40,000 bases of DNA from Pirellula sp. (GCA_021300015.1 JAJTFB010000020.1:17552-57551); one strand, 5' to 3'; shown: positions 24,068-33,294, counted from the stretch's first letter. The notes: a model not told the origin generated them from the letters alone. Translations and numbers: made by a program.

Positions 24068-27000
24068 ATGCTCGCCTACCCCCGCCGACCAAACCGACAT
24101 GTGCTGCGCGTTCTAGGGGCTCTGACGCTCGGGGCGGCACTGCTCCCGACCCCTTGCGCCAACGCGCAAGGAACCGTGGTCTCCAAAATGGCCGCTTGGG
24201 CCAAGGGTCACGGCAAGCCACCGGCGACCAACCAAGACCGAACGCTCGAGGAACTCGCCAAAAACGTCGATTGGCTCGAACACCATATCAACCAATGGGG
24301 CAGCGTCTCCTCGAAAGCCCCCGACGTCTGGGGCGAGGCGAGGTTGACGCAGTATCGGCGAGAGGTCGAAGAGATCCTCTCACCGCTGCGCAACGGATTC
24401 GACCCAAACCGAATCTCCGGAGCCCAGCAAGTCAGCGACTCGGCGCTGCTCTCGGTCGCCCTGGCCCTGCAAAATCAAACCGTAAGCGGCGGCGTCGCAG
24501 CCCCTGCGATCACCGTCAACTCGATCGCCAATACCGGATCGCCCCCCGACGGGAGCGCCAATGTGACGCTCAGCAATTCGCTCCCCGAAGCGACCAACCC
24601 ATTTACCCTGGAAACCAAAGAGTTCCTCGGAAAAACCCTCGGGCTCGAACAAACCCAGGAAATCGATCAGTTGGTTCGCTACATGCAACACCTGAACCAA
24701 CATCGGCGGATCAACGAAGGGGATGATACCGCCGACGCACCGGGATACTCGCTCAATCTCGTCCGCGTGCCTGTGTCCCTGCTGCCCGGCTCGATCACCA
24801 AACGTGGCTACGGCGCCGAGATCACCTACACGGCCAAACCCTACCTCGGACCCGACCTGCTCCCGATGACCTTTCGGGACATGGTCCTCAACGACCTGAC
24901 CGACCAACTCTCGGTCCCCTTGGTCAAGTTCATCAACAGCGATCCCAACGGCGCTGACAAAATATGGGAACTGGCCAAAAGGCTCGGCGATGACTTCTCA
25001 GCCCAAAAACTGATGGATCTATTGGAGCAAGGCGAATTGACCTTCGGCAGCTTGCCGTCTACACCTCGCATTCAAGCGTTGGTCGATAGCATCAAGAACC
25101 CAAGAGGGAACAAGATACCTAGCTCGTTCGAAAACCAAACGGCCAAAAGCATGGCTCGCAGCATGCTCGGCCGCACGTTTAGCTCGGTGTGCGCGATCTC
25201 CTTTTCCGGCAACCAAACCCGACGCGGACAACAGCCCTTTCCCCCAACCCAAATCATCGATGTCTATGGCCTCGATGAAATGCTCGAAGTGGCTGTCACG
25301 GCTCTGAAAGGTCTCCGCGAGGATGTTCCTAACCGACGGGTCGTTCACCTGACGGATGTCCAAGCGTTCCTCAGAGAGGAACTCACGGCGGCGATCGAAC
25401 TGGTCTACTCGGAGAACATGCGCCAGTGGTGGGACCGCGAATCGACGGGCGAGAAATCGCTGGTCCATCTGATCCGACTCCGCAAGGTCGACGAGATCGC
25501 CGAGCTGCGCAAAGAGTTCCTTCTCTCGATCTCAGGCGACGAATCCCAAGACGTCACACGCTCGCTGGCCTGGTGCGTGTTGGTCGACTCGCTCCTGCTG
25601 AACGAACGGCTCAACGACGATATCCGCGAGACGACAGGTACGCGTCCATCGAATTTTTCGCACCCATGCTGGCTTGCCTTCTTCGGACCCGATCCGAGCC
25701 CCGAAGCCCGCGATACTTTCGCTCGCTATGTGCAACTCCGCTGGCCGGTGCGGGTCTTTGCCCTCGACCCCCAAGTCGATCAACAGAGCATCGCCGATGC
25801 CTCGTCGGTCATCCGCCAAATGCAATTGGCCGTCGTCCTGGGATTCTCAAGCGGGAACCTCGGGCTCTCGACCGCCCTGGACACGATCCGAAAACTCCAA
25901 CGCGATCGCGCGACGATCGATCTGAACCGAACCGCAATCGCCTTCGGACAAGGGGACGATACCTTCGGCTGGCGATTCCAACCCCGTTTCCAAACCCCGC
26001 CGGTCGAGAGCAACGCCAAGGTCTTTTTTCGCGACTTGGTCATCGGAGGTCCTACCGATCGACAACTCGAACGCAGCAGCGAAATCGAACCGGGGATGCG
26101 CGAATGCACGGCCATCATCCTTATGCCCTCGTTCGTCCCGTACGTCTCGTTCGAAACCCACGGCCACTGGTTCAAACTCGATAACCCAGGACATACCGGC
26201 ACCTCGGTCCAAGAGGACGTCCACCTGAGCCGAGCGATCAAGCAGATGCAAGACCGCGCTGCAATGTGCATCCGCTGTGCGCACCTGTACCGCGATGGAC
26301 AAGTCGAACGGGTCATGGCCCGCGTCGAACAACTCGAAAAACGTCTCCCGCTCCAAACAATCTCCTGCCAAGTCCCCAACGAAAATACCCACGGTGGCTT
26401 CGAACTGTTCTGCAACGGCACACGCCAACTCTCCCCCGAAATCACCGGCTGGTATGGCTCCCCAGGATACAACCCCGAGTCGGGCGCGGATTTCTTTATC
26501 TCAGGGGATAACTTCAGTATCAAACAAACCCACCTGATCGCCGGCAATCAAGTCATCGCTCCCGAAGAGTTCTCCCTGATCTCCCGACAGATCCTCCAAG
26601 TCCGATTGCCCAAAGGACTGCCTGTCATGAAGGATACCCGCCTGCTCGAACACAACAACGAAAAGATCGCAAGCGACCAACAGTACGATGGATACATCGA
26701 TGTCCAAGTCGCCACACCTTACGGCGTCAGCGCCCACTTGCTCCTGCCGGTCCTCCGTGCCGAAGTACCCGAACCGATCTCCGAATGCCCTCCGTCGGCA
26801 CCGACGATCGAGGATGCGAACATGACGCTCGAACTGATGCGCAACACCAGAAACGGCTTCGATGACCTCCTGGCCGAAAGCCCTATGCTGCCGGTCATCG
26901 AACTCCCAGCCAATACCATGCCTGGAGTCCCCAAATGCAAAGTCCACCTCTACCTGACCCACGGGACGGCTCGCCTGACCCCCGTCGAGTTTGCGAACGT

Positions 27001-27262
27001 CCCTCGCTCGAGATCCAAAACGGGCTTCCAAATCCCAGCCGATTCCTTCCTGGCCTCGACCAGCGGAAATGGAAAACTCCTGAGCGAGATCAAGCAGTAC
27101 GCCAGTTTCCTCGATAGCCACGGCAAAATACCCGACGAAGGAGGGGTGATCGAATTCACCGCCGAGTACTCGCTCGAAGACGACAACGCCGAGCTGCCCG
27201 TCGAAGGCTCCTTTCCGATGATCGTCGAAATCGCCCCAAAACAAGATGCTGCGAAAAAGTAA
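24068..27262 (+). CDS. Large secreted hypothetical protein (1064 aa from ATG 24068)
   Basis: The ATG at 24068 gives a signal peptide MLAYPRRPNRHVLRVLGALTLGAALLPTPCANAQG; the ORF-track TTG at 23957 would add 37 non-signal residues. The frame is long and uninterrupted with ordinary amino-acid composition. I recognise no catalytic motif. There is a possible IPT/TIG-like segment (FFISGDNFSIKQTHLIAGNQVI...LQVRLPKG). Confidence 0.8.
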   Translation: MLAYPRRPNRHVLRVLGALTLGAALLPTPCANAQGTVVSKMAAWAKGHGKPPATNQDRTLEELAKNVDWLEHHINQWGSVSSKAPDVWGEARLTQYRREVEEILSPLRNGFDPNRISGAQQVSDSALLSVALALQNQTVSGGVAAPAITVNSIANTGSPPDGSANVTLSNSLPEATNPFTLETKEFLGKTLGLEQTQEIDQLVRYMQHLNQHRRINEGDDTADAPGYSLNLVRVPVSLLPGSITKRGYGAEITYTAKPYLGPDLLPMTFRDMVLNDLTDQLSVPLVKFINSDPNGADKIWELAKRLGDDFSAQKLMDLLEQGELTFGSLPSTPRIQALVDSIKNPRGNKIPSSFENQTAKSMARSMLGRTFSSVCAISFSGNQTRRGQQPFPPTQIIDVYGLDEMLEVAVTALKGLREDVPNRRVVHLTDVQAFLREELTAAIELVYSENMRQWWDRESTGEKSLVHLIRLRKVDEIAELRKEFLLSISGDESQDVTRSLAWCVLVDSLLLNERLNDDIRETTGTRPSNFSHPCWLAFFGPDPSPEARDTFARYVQLRWPVRVFALDPQVDQQSIADASSVIRQMQLAVVLGFSSGNLGLSTALDTIRKLQRDRATIDLNRTAIAFGQGDDTFGWRFQPRFQTPPVESNAKVFFRDLVIGGPTDRQLERSSEIEPGMRECTAIILMPSFVPYVSFETHGHWFKLDNPGHTGTSVQEDVHLSRAIKQMQDRAAMCIRCAHLYRDGQVERVMARVEQLEKRLPLQTISCQVPNENTHGGFELFCNGTRQLSPEITGWYGSPGYNPESGADFFISGDNFSIKQTHLIAGNQVIAPEEFSLISRQILQVRLPKGLPVMKDTRLLEHNNEKIASDQQYDGYIDVQVATPYGVSAHLLLPVLRAEVPEPISECPPSAPTIEDANMTLELMRNTRNGFDDLLAESPMLPVIELPANTMPGVPKCKVHLYLTHGTARLTPVEFANVPRSRSKTGFQIPADSFLASTSGNGKLLSEIKQYASFLDSHGKIPDEGGVIEFTAEYSLEDDNAELPVEGSFPMIVEIAPKQDAAKK

Positions 27263-27448
27263 CGCAGCGACACGGAACGGACGTTCCCCCTGAAACCTCA
27301 ACAGCGTGTTTATGGGAGTGCGCGGTGGAATATTGGTTCTCAGCCCCGAGGGAGGCACTTCTCAGCCGGTGTGCATAAGCCCAACGGACTTGAGAAACCA
27401 CCCCAACAATCCTCAAACAGCCATCGAGTACCAGCAGGACTCTCGCAG

Positions 27449-28414
27449 CTAGCCCGCCGAAGACCCAAAGGACTCCCGCAAGATCTCCGGACACAGCTCG
27501 CCGTATCGGAACGAGCGTCCCGTCCGCAGATTGACCAAGGTGATCATCGCGGGCGCAAACAACCCCGGATCGACCTTGTAAAAATCGTACTCATATTCCC
27601 GGAACGTCTTCGCAAACGGTTTCCCAAAGTCCTTGCTCGCCAGACTCGGGACCCGAGCTCCGATCGTCTCGATCTGCTCGTCGCTCGCATCGACCCACAA
27701 CGTCACTTGCCCCCCGTAAAGGATCGCGTCGTTGGTCCGCCCAATCCCCTCGGCAAAGTCCTTGGCCATCGGCGGGATCGGTGCCGTCCCATGCGCTGAA
27801 ATCACCTGCCTAAGATCAAACCCGAGCTCATGCAATTTATGCATCGCTGTCTCGATCGATCGCGCGACGACCTGGATCACCCCTGCCAAACTCCGAGTCG
27901 GTGCGACGCACAGCGTCACTTGCTCGATCCCGACCCCGCACTCCTGGGCGACCATCGCAACGATCTCCTCGGACGGGATCTGATCGCATTCCAAGACCCC
28001 GACAGCACAATCCCCCGAATCATGAACCCCGAGATGCTCAAGCACCTCCTCGCGGCCACGCTTGGCTCGCATCGGCCCCGATCCCATCGCAAAGAACTTC
28101 CCCTGCGCCACTTTCCAACCCGCATACTGAGCGGCCATGCAAGCCCCCGTCGGATCATCCGTCGTGACCTGCAGCATCGGACCTTCCCACAACCCGCGAT
28201 CGGCAGGCACGACGCGGATATCCGCAAGGTCGGCCATGCAGATCCGCGCCAAGAGCAACCCGGCTTGGATCCCACCCGGTACCCCACATCCAAAATCGAG
28301 CACTCGGCCAGCCCCTCGGCGCGGTGTGCAATCCGCGATCCGCAACGGACCGAGCTCAGGAAGTACGTGCTGGTCGATCAATCGCTTGGCCGACGTGTTG
28401 ATGGACAGTGACAA
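27449..28414 (-). CDS. mch: Methenyltetrahydromethanopterin cyclohydrolase
   Basis: The blocks AAQYAGWKV, AMGSGPMRA, LCVAPTRSLAG, AILYGGQV and EYDFYKVDPGLFAPA match my recollection of Mch. I place the start at TTG 28414, directly after the cyclophilin stop, giving 321 aa. The ATG at 28474 in the ORF track would overlap the cyclophilin gene by 59 nt and add a poly-basic extension. Confidence 0.8.
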   Translation of the reverse strand: MSLSINTSAKRLIDQHVLPELGPLRIADCTPRRGAGRVLDFGCGVPGGIQAGLLLARICMADLADIRVVPADRGLWEGPMLQVTTDDPTGACMAAQYAGWKVAQGKFFAMGSGPMRAKRGREEVLEHLGVHDSGDCAVGVLECDQIPSEEIVAMVAQECGVGIEQVTLCVAPTRSLAGVIQVVARSIETAMHKLHELGFDLRQVISAHGTAPIPPMAKDFAEGIGRTNDAILYGGQVTLWVDASDEQIETIGARVPSLASKDFGKPFAKTFREYEYDFYKVDPGLFAPAMITLVNLRTGRSFRYGELCPEILRESFGSSAG

Positions 28415-28415
28415 G

Positions 28416-29042
28416 TTACTTGTCCTTTTCGGTCTTCTCTTTTTCCGATGGGTCCTTCTGCGGAGATGCACCAACAGCCTTCTCGAGGATCATCGCTCGC
28501 TTGACCATGATCGGCTCAAGCGGAACGTCGCTGTTCCCCTTGACCCGACCGGTCTTGCTCTTGGCGATCTGATCGACGACCTCTTCCCCCTTGACCACCT
28601 TCCCAAAGACGCAGTAGCCAAAATTGTCCTGGGAAAAACGGCGGTCCAATGACCGATTGTACTTCAAGTTGATGTAGAACTGCGACGTCGCACTGTGAGG
28701 AGCAGGCGTCCGAGCCATCGACAAGGTCATGCGCTCGTTCTTCAAGCCGTTGCCAGCCTCGTTCGCGATCGGGTCATCGGTCGGCTTCTCTTTCATTTCG
28801 GCAGTCATCCCACCACCCTGAACCACGAAGTCGGCGATCACTCGGTGAAAAACCGTCCCGTCGTAATGCCCTTTTTTCGTGTAGCTCAAGAAATTGGCCA
28901 CCGTCGCAGGTGCCTCCTTCTCGAACAACTCGACCTCGATGTCCCCTTTGGTTGTCTCAAAAAGGACATGCGGATTCTGCGCAAAAGCCACCGAACTGAG
29001 CCCAACGCTCGCCAAAACCAACCAACCAAATAACTTCGTCAT
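28416..29042 (-). CDS. Cyclophilin-type peptidyl-prolyl cis-trans isomerase, exported
   Basis: It has FHRVIADFVVQGGG, SATSQFYIN and GYCVFGKVV, with the signal peptide MTKLFGWLVLASVGLSSVAFA. The C-terminus is a Lys/Glu-rich tail. Confidence 0.9.
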   Translation of the reverse strand: MTKLFGWLVLASVGLSSVAFAQNPHVLFETTKGDIEVELFEKEAPATVANFLSYTKKGHYDGTVFHRVIADFVVQGGGMTAEMKEKPTDDPIANEAGNGLKNERMTLSMARTPAPHSATSQFYINLKYNRSLDRRFSQDNFGYCVFGKVVKGEEVVDQIAKSKTGRVKGNSDVPLEPIMVKRAMILEKAVGASPQKDPSEKEKTEKDK

Positions 29043-29193
29043 GGACTTTCTCCTGCCGTTTGCCTGTGTATGCCGTTAGATGGTTCGTTATGATACCCCC
29101 TACGGTTCACCCAATCGACGGCTAATCATCCAAAATTCGATCTCGAAAACACCATTCTCCTTAGCTTTCTTCCACCGCAATCGATCCCCCCCT

Positions 29194-32100
29194 ATGCTTT
29201 CTCAACTCCCCCTTCAGCGAACAGCTCTCCACCTCGCATGGCCTGCAATCAGCTTCGCAGCACTCGGCTTCGCAGCGATCGGCTCTGCCCAGCTTGCACT
29301 TGCCCAAGACCCCCCGCCGCGCGTGCGATCCCCCATGACCATCGCCGAACGATCGAACTTCCTGGCCACCTCCCGCGAAGCCGATGTGCTCGAGTTTTTC
29401 GAGAAGCTCACCGTCGGACAGTCGATCGCCAAACTCGTTCCGGTCGGACAGACCCACGAACAACGGTCCCTGTGGTCCTTGGTCGTCTCCAAAGAAAAGA
29501 CCAACCCGCTGCCTCTTGCCCAAGACGATCCGCGAATCGTGATCACCATGATCGGCGGAATCCACAGCGGCGAATGCGACGGCAAAGAAGCCCTCATGGC
29601 CCTGGCCCGCGATGTGGTCCAGGGTGCCAAGCCCGCTTGGCTCGAGAACGCCGTGCTGGTCTTCCTCCCGAACTTCAATGCCGACGGAAACCAACGGGTC
29701 GGGCCTATGCACCGACCGGGCCAAGAAGGCCCCGCGCTGGGGATGGGAACCCGCGAAAATGCGTTCGGACAAGACCTCAACCGGGACTTTGTCAAACTCG
29801 ATACCCAAGAAGTTCGCTCGCTGGTCCGCTTGCTCGATGCCTGGAATGCCGATGTGCTCATCGATGCACACACGACCAACGGCTCGCTCCATCGCTACGA
29901 CATGACCTACGGACTGCCGCACAACCCTGCCGTCGATCGCGATACGTCGGACTGGTTGCAAAAGGAGCTCATGCCCGTCGTCTCCGCCAAAATGCAGCAA
30001 CGCGATATCCCGGTCTTCCCCTACGGCAACTTCAACCGCGAGCATACAGTCTGGGAAAGCTACGGCTTTGAACCCCGCTACAGCACCGAGTACATGGCCC
30101 TGCGCGGCAAAATCGGGATCCTCGTCGAATCCTACTCCTATGCGACCTACCAACGGCGCATCGATGCCTCGTACGCTTTCATCGAAGAGTGCATCGATGC
30201 CCTCAGCGCCAATGCACCCAAAGTCCGCTCGCTGCTCGATAAGCAAATCGCTTCGCCACCGAGCGGCCTGTTCATCCAAGGCAAAATCGAACCCTCGGAC
30301 CAACAAGCCAACGTCGCTGCCTACCGATGGCCCAAATCCACACCAACTGCCGAACCGAACTTCCCGTCACCCAAAGACCGCAGACGCATCGAGGAAATGG
30401 AGCCGACCGAATACAACGTCAAGCTCGCGGTCGATGGCGTCGGAACCCTTCGAGTCGACGCTCCGGCCTGCTACCACATCCCCCAAGAATGCTCGTGGCT
30501 CGCAAGCCGCATTCGACTCCACGGGATCCCGATGATCGAAGTCGCCGGCAACGCCTCTTGCCGCACGGAACGCTACCGCATCGCCACGCGCAAGGATCTT
30601 CCGGAGTTCCAATTCCGGAAAATGTCCAAATACGAAGTTTCGCTCGAAGCGAACCAGGAAACGCTCGGACCTGGATGGATCGTACCGACCGACCATCGCC
30701 TCGGCAAACTGGCAACCTATCTGCTCGAACCCCACTCCGAAGAGTCCTTGGCCATGTGGGGGTTCCTCGACCCGCAGCTCAAAGCCGGCTCGCTCTATCC
30801 GATCCGCCGATGCGATGCGTTCCCCCCCTTCGAACAACAACGCCCACTCCCTCCCCTGGCTTGGATGGACCTCAAAGCCGCCGACATCCAAGGCGAAGCG
30901 CTCACGATGGAGAAACTCTTTGAGCCCACGTCCAAAGTCGCCTATGCCGCACCCCCGAGCCCACTGCCCAAGTGGATGCCTCACGGGGAAAGCTATCTGG
31001 TCCGAAAGGACAACCGCTGGATCCATATCGATGCGGCCTCCGGAGCCATGCACCCCTGGGAAACCCCTCTGAAACTCGTCGAAGCGCTCGGCCGTTTGCC
31101 CGAGTTTGCCGACGGGGCAGCGACCCCCTACGGCCGGCAAATCGAGCTCTTCGACGACGGGCTCGAACAAGCCCTCGTGCAACACAAAAAAGACCTCTAT
31201 TTCTACGACTTGCCCACCGACCAAGCCGTCCGGTTGACCGAATCTCCCGACGAAGACGAAGAGCTCCACGAACTGAGCCCCACCAAGCGGCATGTCGCTT
31301 TCGTCCGCGGCCAAAACCTCTATGCCGTCGATTGCAAAACCCGCCAATTGAAACAGCTTACCCACGACGGCGGCGGCGAAATCCTCTGCGGAAAACTCGA
31401 CTGGGTCTACCAAGAAGAAGTCTACGGGCGAGGTCAATTCAAAGCCTACTGGTGGAATCCCGAAGGGACCAAACTCGCCTACCTGCGATTGGACGAAACC
31501 CCCGTCCCGAACTTTGTCATCGACGATGCGATCCCACCCGCTAAAGGCTTAGCCGCTCAGAGGATCGAGAACATGCGTTATCCCAAAGCCGGGCAACCGA
31601 ACCCCAACGTCGAACTGAAGGTCGTCGACATCGCCACCGGGTTGATTCAAGACGTACCGCTGAGCATCGACGATCCCGCAGATCGGCTCGTCGTACGCGT
31701 CGGATGGAAGCCCAACGCCGAAGGCCAAATCGTCTACCAAATCCAAAACCGAATCCAAAGCACCCTCGATGTGGTCCTTCACGATCTGAACACAGGAAAA
31801 TCCCAAACCCTCGTCCATGAACAAGCCCCCACAGCCAAAGACATCGCAGCCAAAGACATCGCAGCCAAAGACATCGCAGCCCAAGACAGCCCAGCCCAAG
31901 ACAGCGCAGTTCAAAACAACACAGCGGACTCGCATGGATGGGTCGATGTCGTCGATGTCCCGCGCTGGCTCCCCGACGGAAGCTTCGTCTGGTTGAGCGA
32001 CAGCCAACAAGGCCGTAGGCACCTGTTCCATGTCGCGATGGACGGGACCAAGCGGCCTTTGACCCAAGGGGACTGGGACGTCAAAGACATCCTTTCGATC

Positions 32101-33165
32101 AGCGATTCGGGCAAGAGAGTATGGTTCACCGCGCACCGCAGCGCACCGACGAACACCGACGTGCTGCGGCTCTCGCTCGAGAGCGGAGAGATCGAGGACA
32201 TGACAGGTCAGACCGGCTCGCATCGCGTGTCGGTTCACAGCACAGGGAGCTACTACTTGGACTCCTGGAGCGACCTGAGCAACCCGCCGCAGACCTGGCT
32301 CAAGGATCGTGCGGGGCAGGGGGTAAGGTTAGTCAGCGAGTACCGCAGCGATCGCTTCGATTACGTCCGGACCGCGCGTCCTGAGGCGGTCGAGATACCC
32401 GCTAGGGATGGGCAGAAACTCCAAGGGCTCCTGTATCGGCCCGCAGGGGGTTTCGATCCGGCCTCACAAGGCCGCATCCCGGTGGTGATCTACGTCTATG
32501 CCGGGCCGGCAGCCCCAACGGTCGAAAACTCCTGGACCCATCGCAGCGATCTGTGGCACCGGTATTTGACCGATCGAGGGGTTGCGGTGCTTCTGTGCGA
32601 CAACCGTTCGGCGTTGGGCAAAGGGAACTCCGACACATGGAAGATCTACAAGAACCTCGGCGCGCTGGAGTTGCAGGACCTAGAGGACACCGCCGCATGG
32701 CTGGCCAAGGAGCCTTGGGCCGACCCGGATCGGTTAGGGATATGGGGTTGGAGTTATGGCGGGTACTTCAGTGCGTATGCGATGACCCACAGCAAACTCT
32801 TTCGGGCGGGGATAGCCGGTGCGCCAGTGACCGACTGGCGAAACTACGACTCGATCTACACCGAGCGTTACATGAGCACCCCGCAAGCCAACCCAGAGGG
32901 GTACAAGAGCAGTTCGGTCGTCGAGGCGGCAGGGGATTTGCATGGCAAGCTCATGCTCATCCATGGCGAGATCGACGACAACGTCCACATGACCAACACC
33001 TTGCAGTTGGCCTATGGGCTCCAGAAAGCGGGCAAGCAATTCGAGATGATGATCTACCCCAAGAGCAGGCATGGGATCACCGATCCGCAGCAGGTGCAGC
33101 ATCAGTTCGAGATGATGACCGACTTCTGGCTCCGCCACTTAAAAGCAACAAACGCCCAGCCTTAA
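29194..33165 (+). CDS. Fusion peptidase: N-terminal M14-like zinc carboxypeptidase domain plus C-terminal dipeptidyl-peptidase IV (S9B) propeller and hydrolase domains
   Basis: The ATG at 29194 gives a signal peptide (MLSQLPLQRTALHLAWPAISFAALGFAAIGSAQLALA). M14 blocks are GGIHSGECDG (HxxE), NADGN, DLNRDF and IDAHTT. DPP-IV blocks are YPKAGQPNPNVELKVVDI and WLPDGSFVWLSD. S9 blocks are GIWGWSYGGY (nucleophile Ser), ERYMSTPQANPEGY, IHGEIDDNVH and SRHGI. Confidence 0.85.
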   Translation: MLSQLPLQRTALHLAWPAISFAALGFAAIGSAQLALAQDPPPRVRSPMTIAERSNFLATSREADVLEFFEKLTVGQSIAKLVPVGQTHEQRSLWSLVVSKEKTNPLPLAQDDPRIVITMIGGIHSGECDGKEALMALARDVVQGAKPAWLENAVLVFLPNFNADGNQRVGPMHRPGQEGPALGMGTRENAFGQDLNRDFVKLDTQEVRSLVRLLDAWNADVLIDAHTTNGSLHRYDMTYGLPHNPAVDRDTSDWLQKELMPVVSAKMQQRDIPVFPYGNFNREHTVWESYGFEPRYSTEYMALRGKIGILVESYSYATYQRRIDASYAFIEECIDALSANAPKVRSLLDKQIASPPSGLFIQGKIEPSDQQANVAAYRWPKSTPTAEPNFPSPKDRRRIEEMEPTEYNVKLAVDGVGTLRVDAPACYHIPQECSWLASRIRLHGIPMIEVAGNASCRTERYRIATRKDLPEFQFRKMSKYEVSLEANQETLGPGWIVPTDHRLGKLATYLLEPHSEESLAMWGFLDPQLKAGSLYPIRRCDAFPPFEQQRPLPPLAWMDLKAADIQGEALTMEKLFEPTSKVAYAAPPSPLPKWMPHGESYLVRKDNRWIHIDAASGAMHPWETPLKLVEALGRLPEFADGAATPYGRQIELFDDGLEQALVQHKKDLYFYDLPTDQAVRLTESPDEDEELHELSPTKRHVAFVRGQNLYAVDCKTRQLKQLTHDGGGEILCGKLDWVYQEEVYGRGQFKAYWWNPEGTKLAYLRLDETPVPNFVIDDAIPPAKGLAAQRIENMRYPKAGQPNPNVELKVVDIATGLIQDVPLSIDDPADRLVVRVGWKPNAEGQIVYQIQNRIQSTLDVVLHDLNTGKSQTLVHEQAPTAKDIAAKDIAAKDIAAQDSPAQDSAVQNNTADSHGWVDVVDVPRWLPDGSFVWLSDSQQGRRHLFHVAMDGTKRPLTQGDWDVKDILSISDSGKRVWFTAHRSAPTNTDVLRLSLESGEIEDMTGQTGSHRVSVHSTGSYYLDSWSDLSNPPQTWLKDRAGQGVRLVSEYRSDRFDYVRTARPEAVEIPARDGQKLQGLLYRPAGGFDPASQGRIPVVIYVYAGPAAPTVENSWTHRSDLWHRYLTDRGVAVLLCDNRSALGKGNSDTWKIYKNLGALELQDLEDTAAWLAKEPWADPDRLGIWGWSYGGYFSAYAMTHSKLFRAGIAGAPVTDWRNYDSIYTERYMSTPQANPEGYKSSSVVEAAGDLHGKLMLIHGEIDDNVHMTNTLQLAYGLQKAGKQFEMMIYPKSRHGITDPQQVQHQFEMMTDFWLRHLKATNAQP
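31834..31908 (+). repeat. Five in-frame 15-nt units (3 x AKDIA, then AQDSP and AQDSA) inside the propeller region
   Basis: GCCAAAGACATCGCA occurs at 31834, 31849 and 31864. GCCCAAGACAGCCCA is at 31879 and GCCCAAGACAGCGCA at 31894. Confidence 0.9.
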
Positions 33166-33180
33166 ATCCACCCTTGCCCC

Positions 33181-33282
33181 CCGTAGCATGGCCCCCCGTA
33201 GCATGGCCCCGTAGCATGGCCCTCCGAGGCCGTGCGTCCCCCCCCCAATTTCCCCCCGTAACACGGCCCTCCGAGGCCGTGC
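33181..33282 (-). repeat. Cluster of TCGGAG-loop hairpin elements (2 complete plus 2 half copies), minus-strand orientation
   Basis: CCGTAGCATGGCCCC occurs at 33181 and 33196 as half copies. The complete elements read on the minus strand as GCACGGCC-TCGGAG-GGCCATGC-TACGG (33209-33235) and GCACGGCC-TCGGAG-GGCCGTGT-TACGG (33256-33282). Confidence 0.8.
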
Positions 33283-33294
33283 ATCCCAATCCCA

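Noticed and set aside
24380-27358. Antisense ORFs of 175-285 aa (24380-24907, 25780-26547, 25847-26428, 26501-27358).
   Set aside because: They lie opposite the long 1101-aa frame, they overlap each other, and their compositions are biased.
28415-28474. The ATG at 28474 as the mch start.
   Set aside because: It would overlap the cyclophilin gene by 59 nt and add a poly-Arg/Lys peptide that is the alternative-frame reading of the cyclophilin Lys/Glu tail. The TTG at 28414 fits typical Mch length. I kept this as an open alternative in the findings.
29080-31437. The ATG at 29080 as the start of the fusion peptidase, and long antisense ORFs at 29161-30306 (381 aa) and 30367-31437 (356 aa).
   Set aside because: The signal peptide begins at ATG 29194, and the preceding 38 codons look non-coding. 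The antisense ORFs lack motifs and lie opposite the M14 and DPP-IV blocks.
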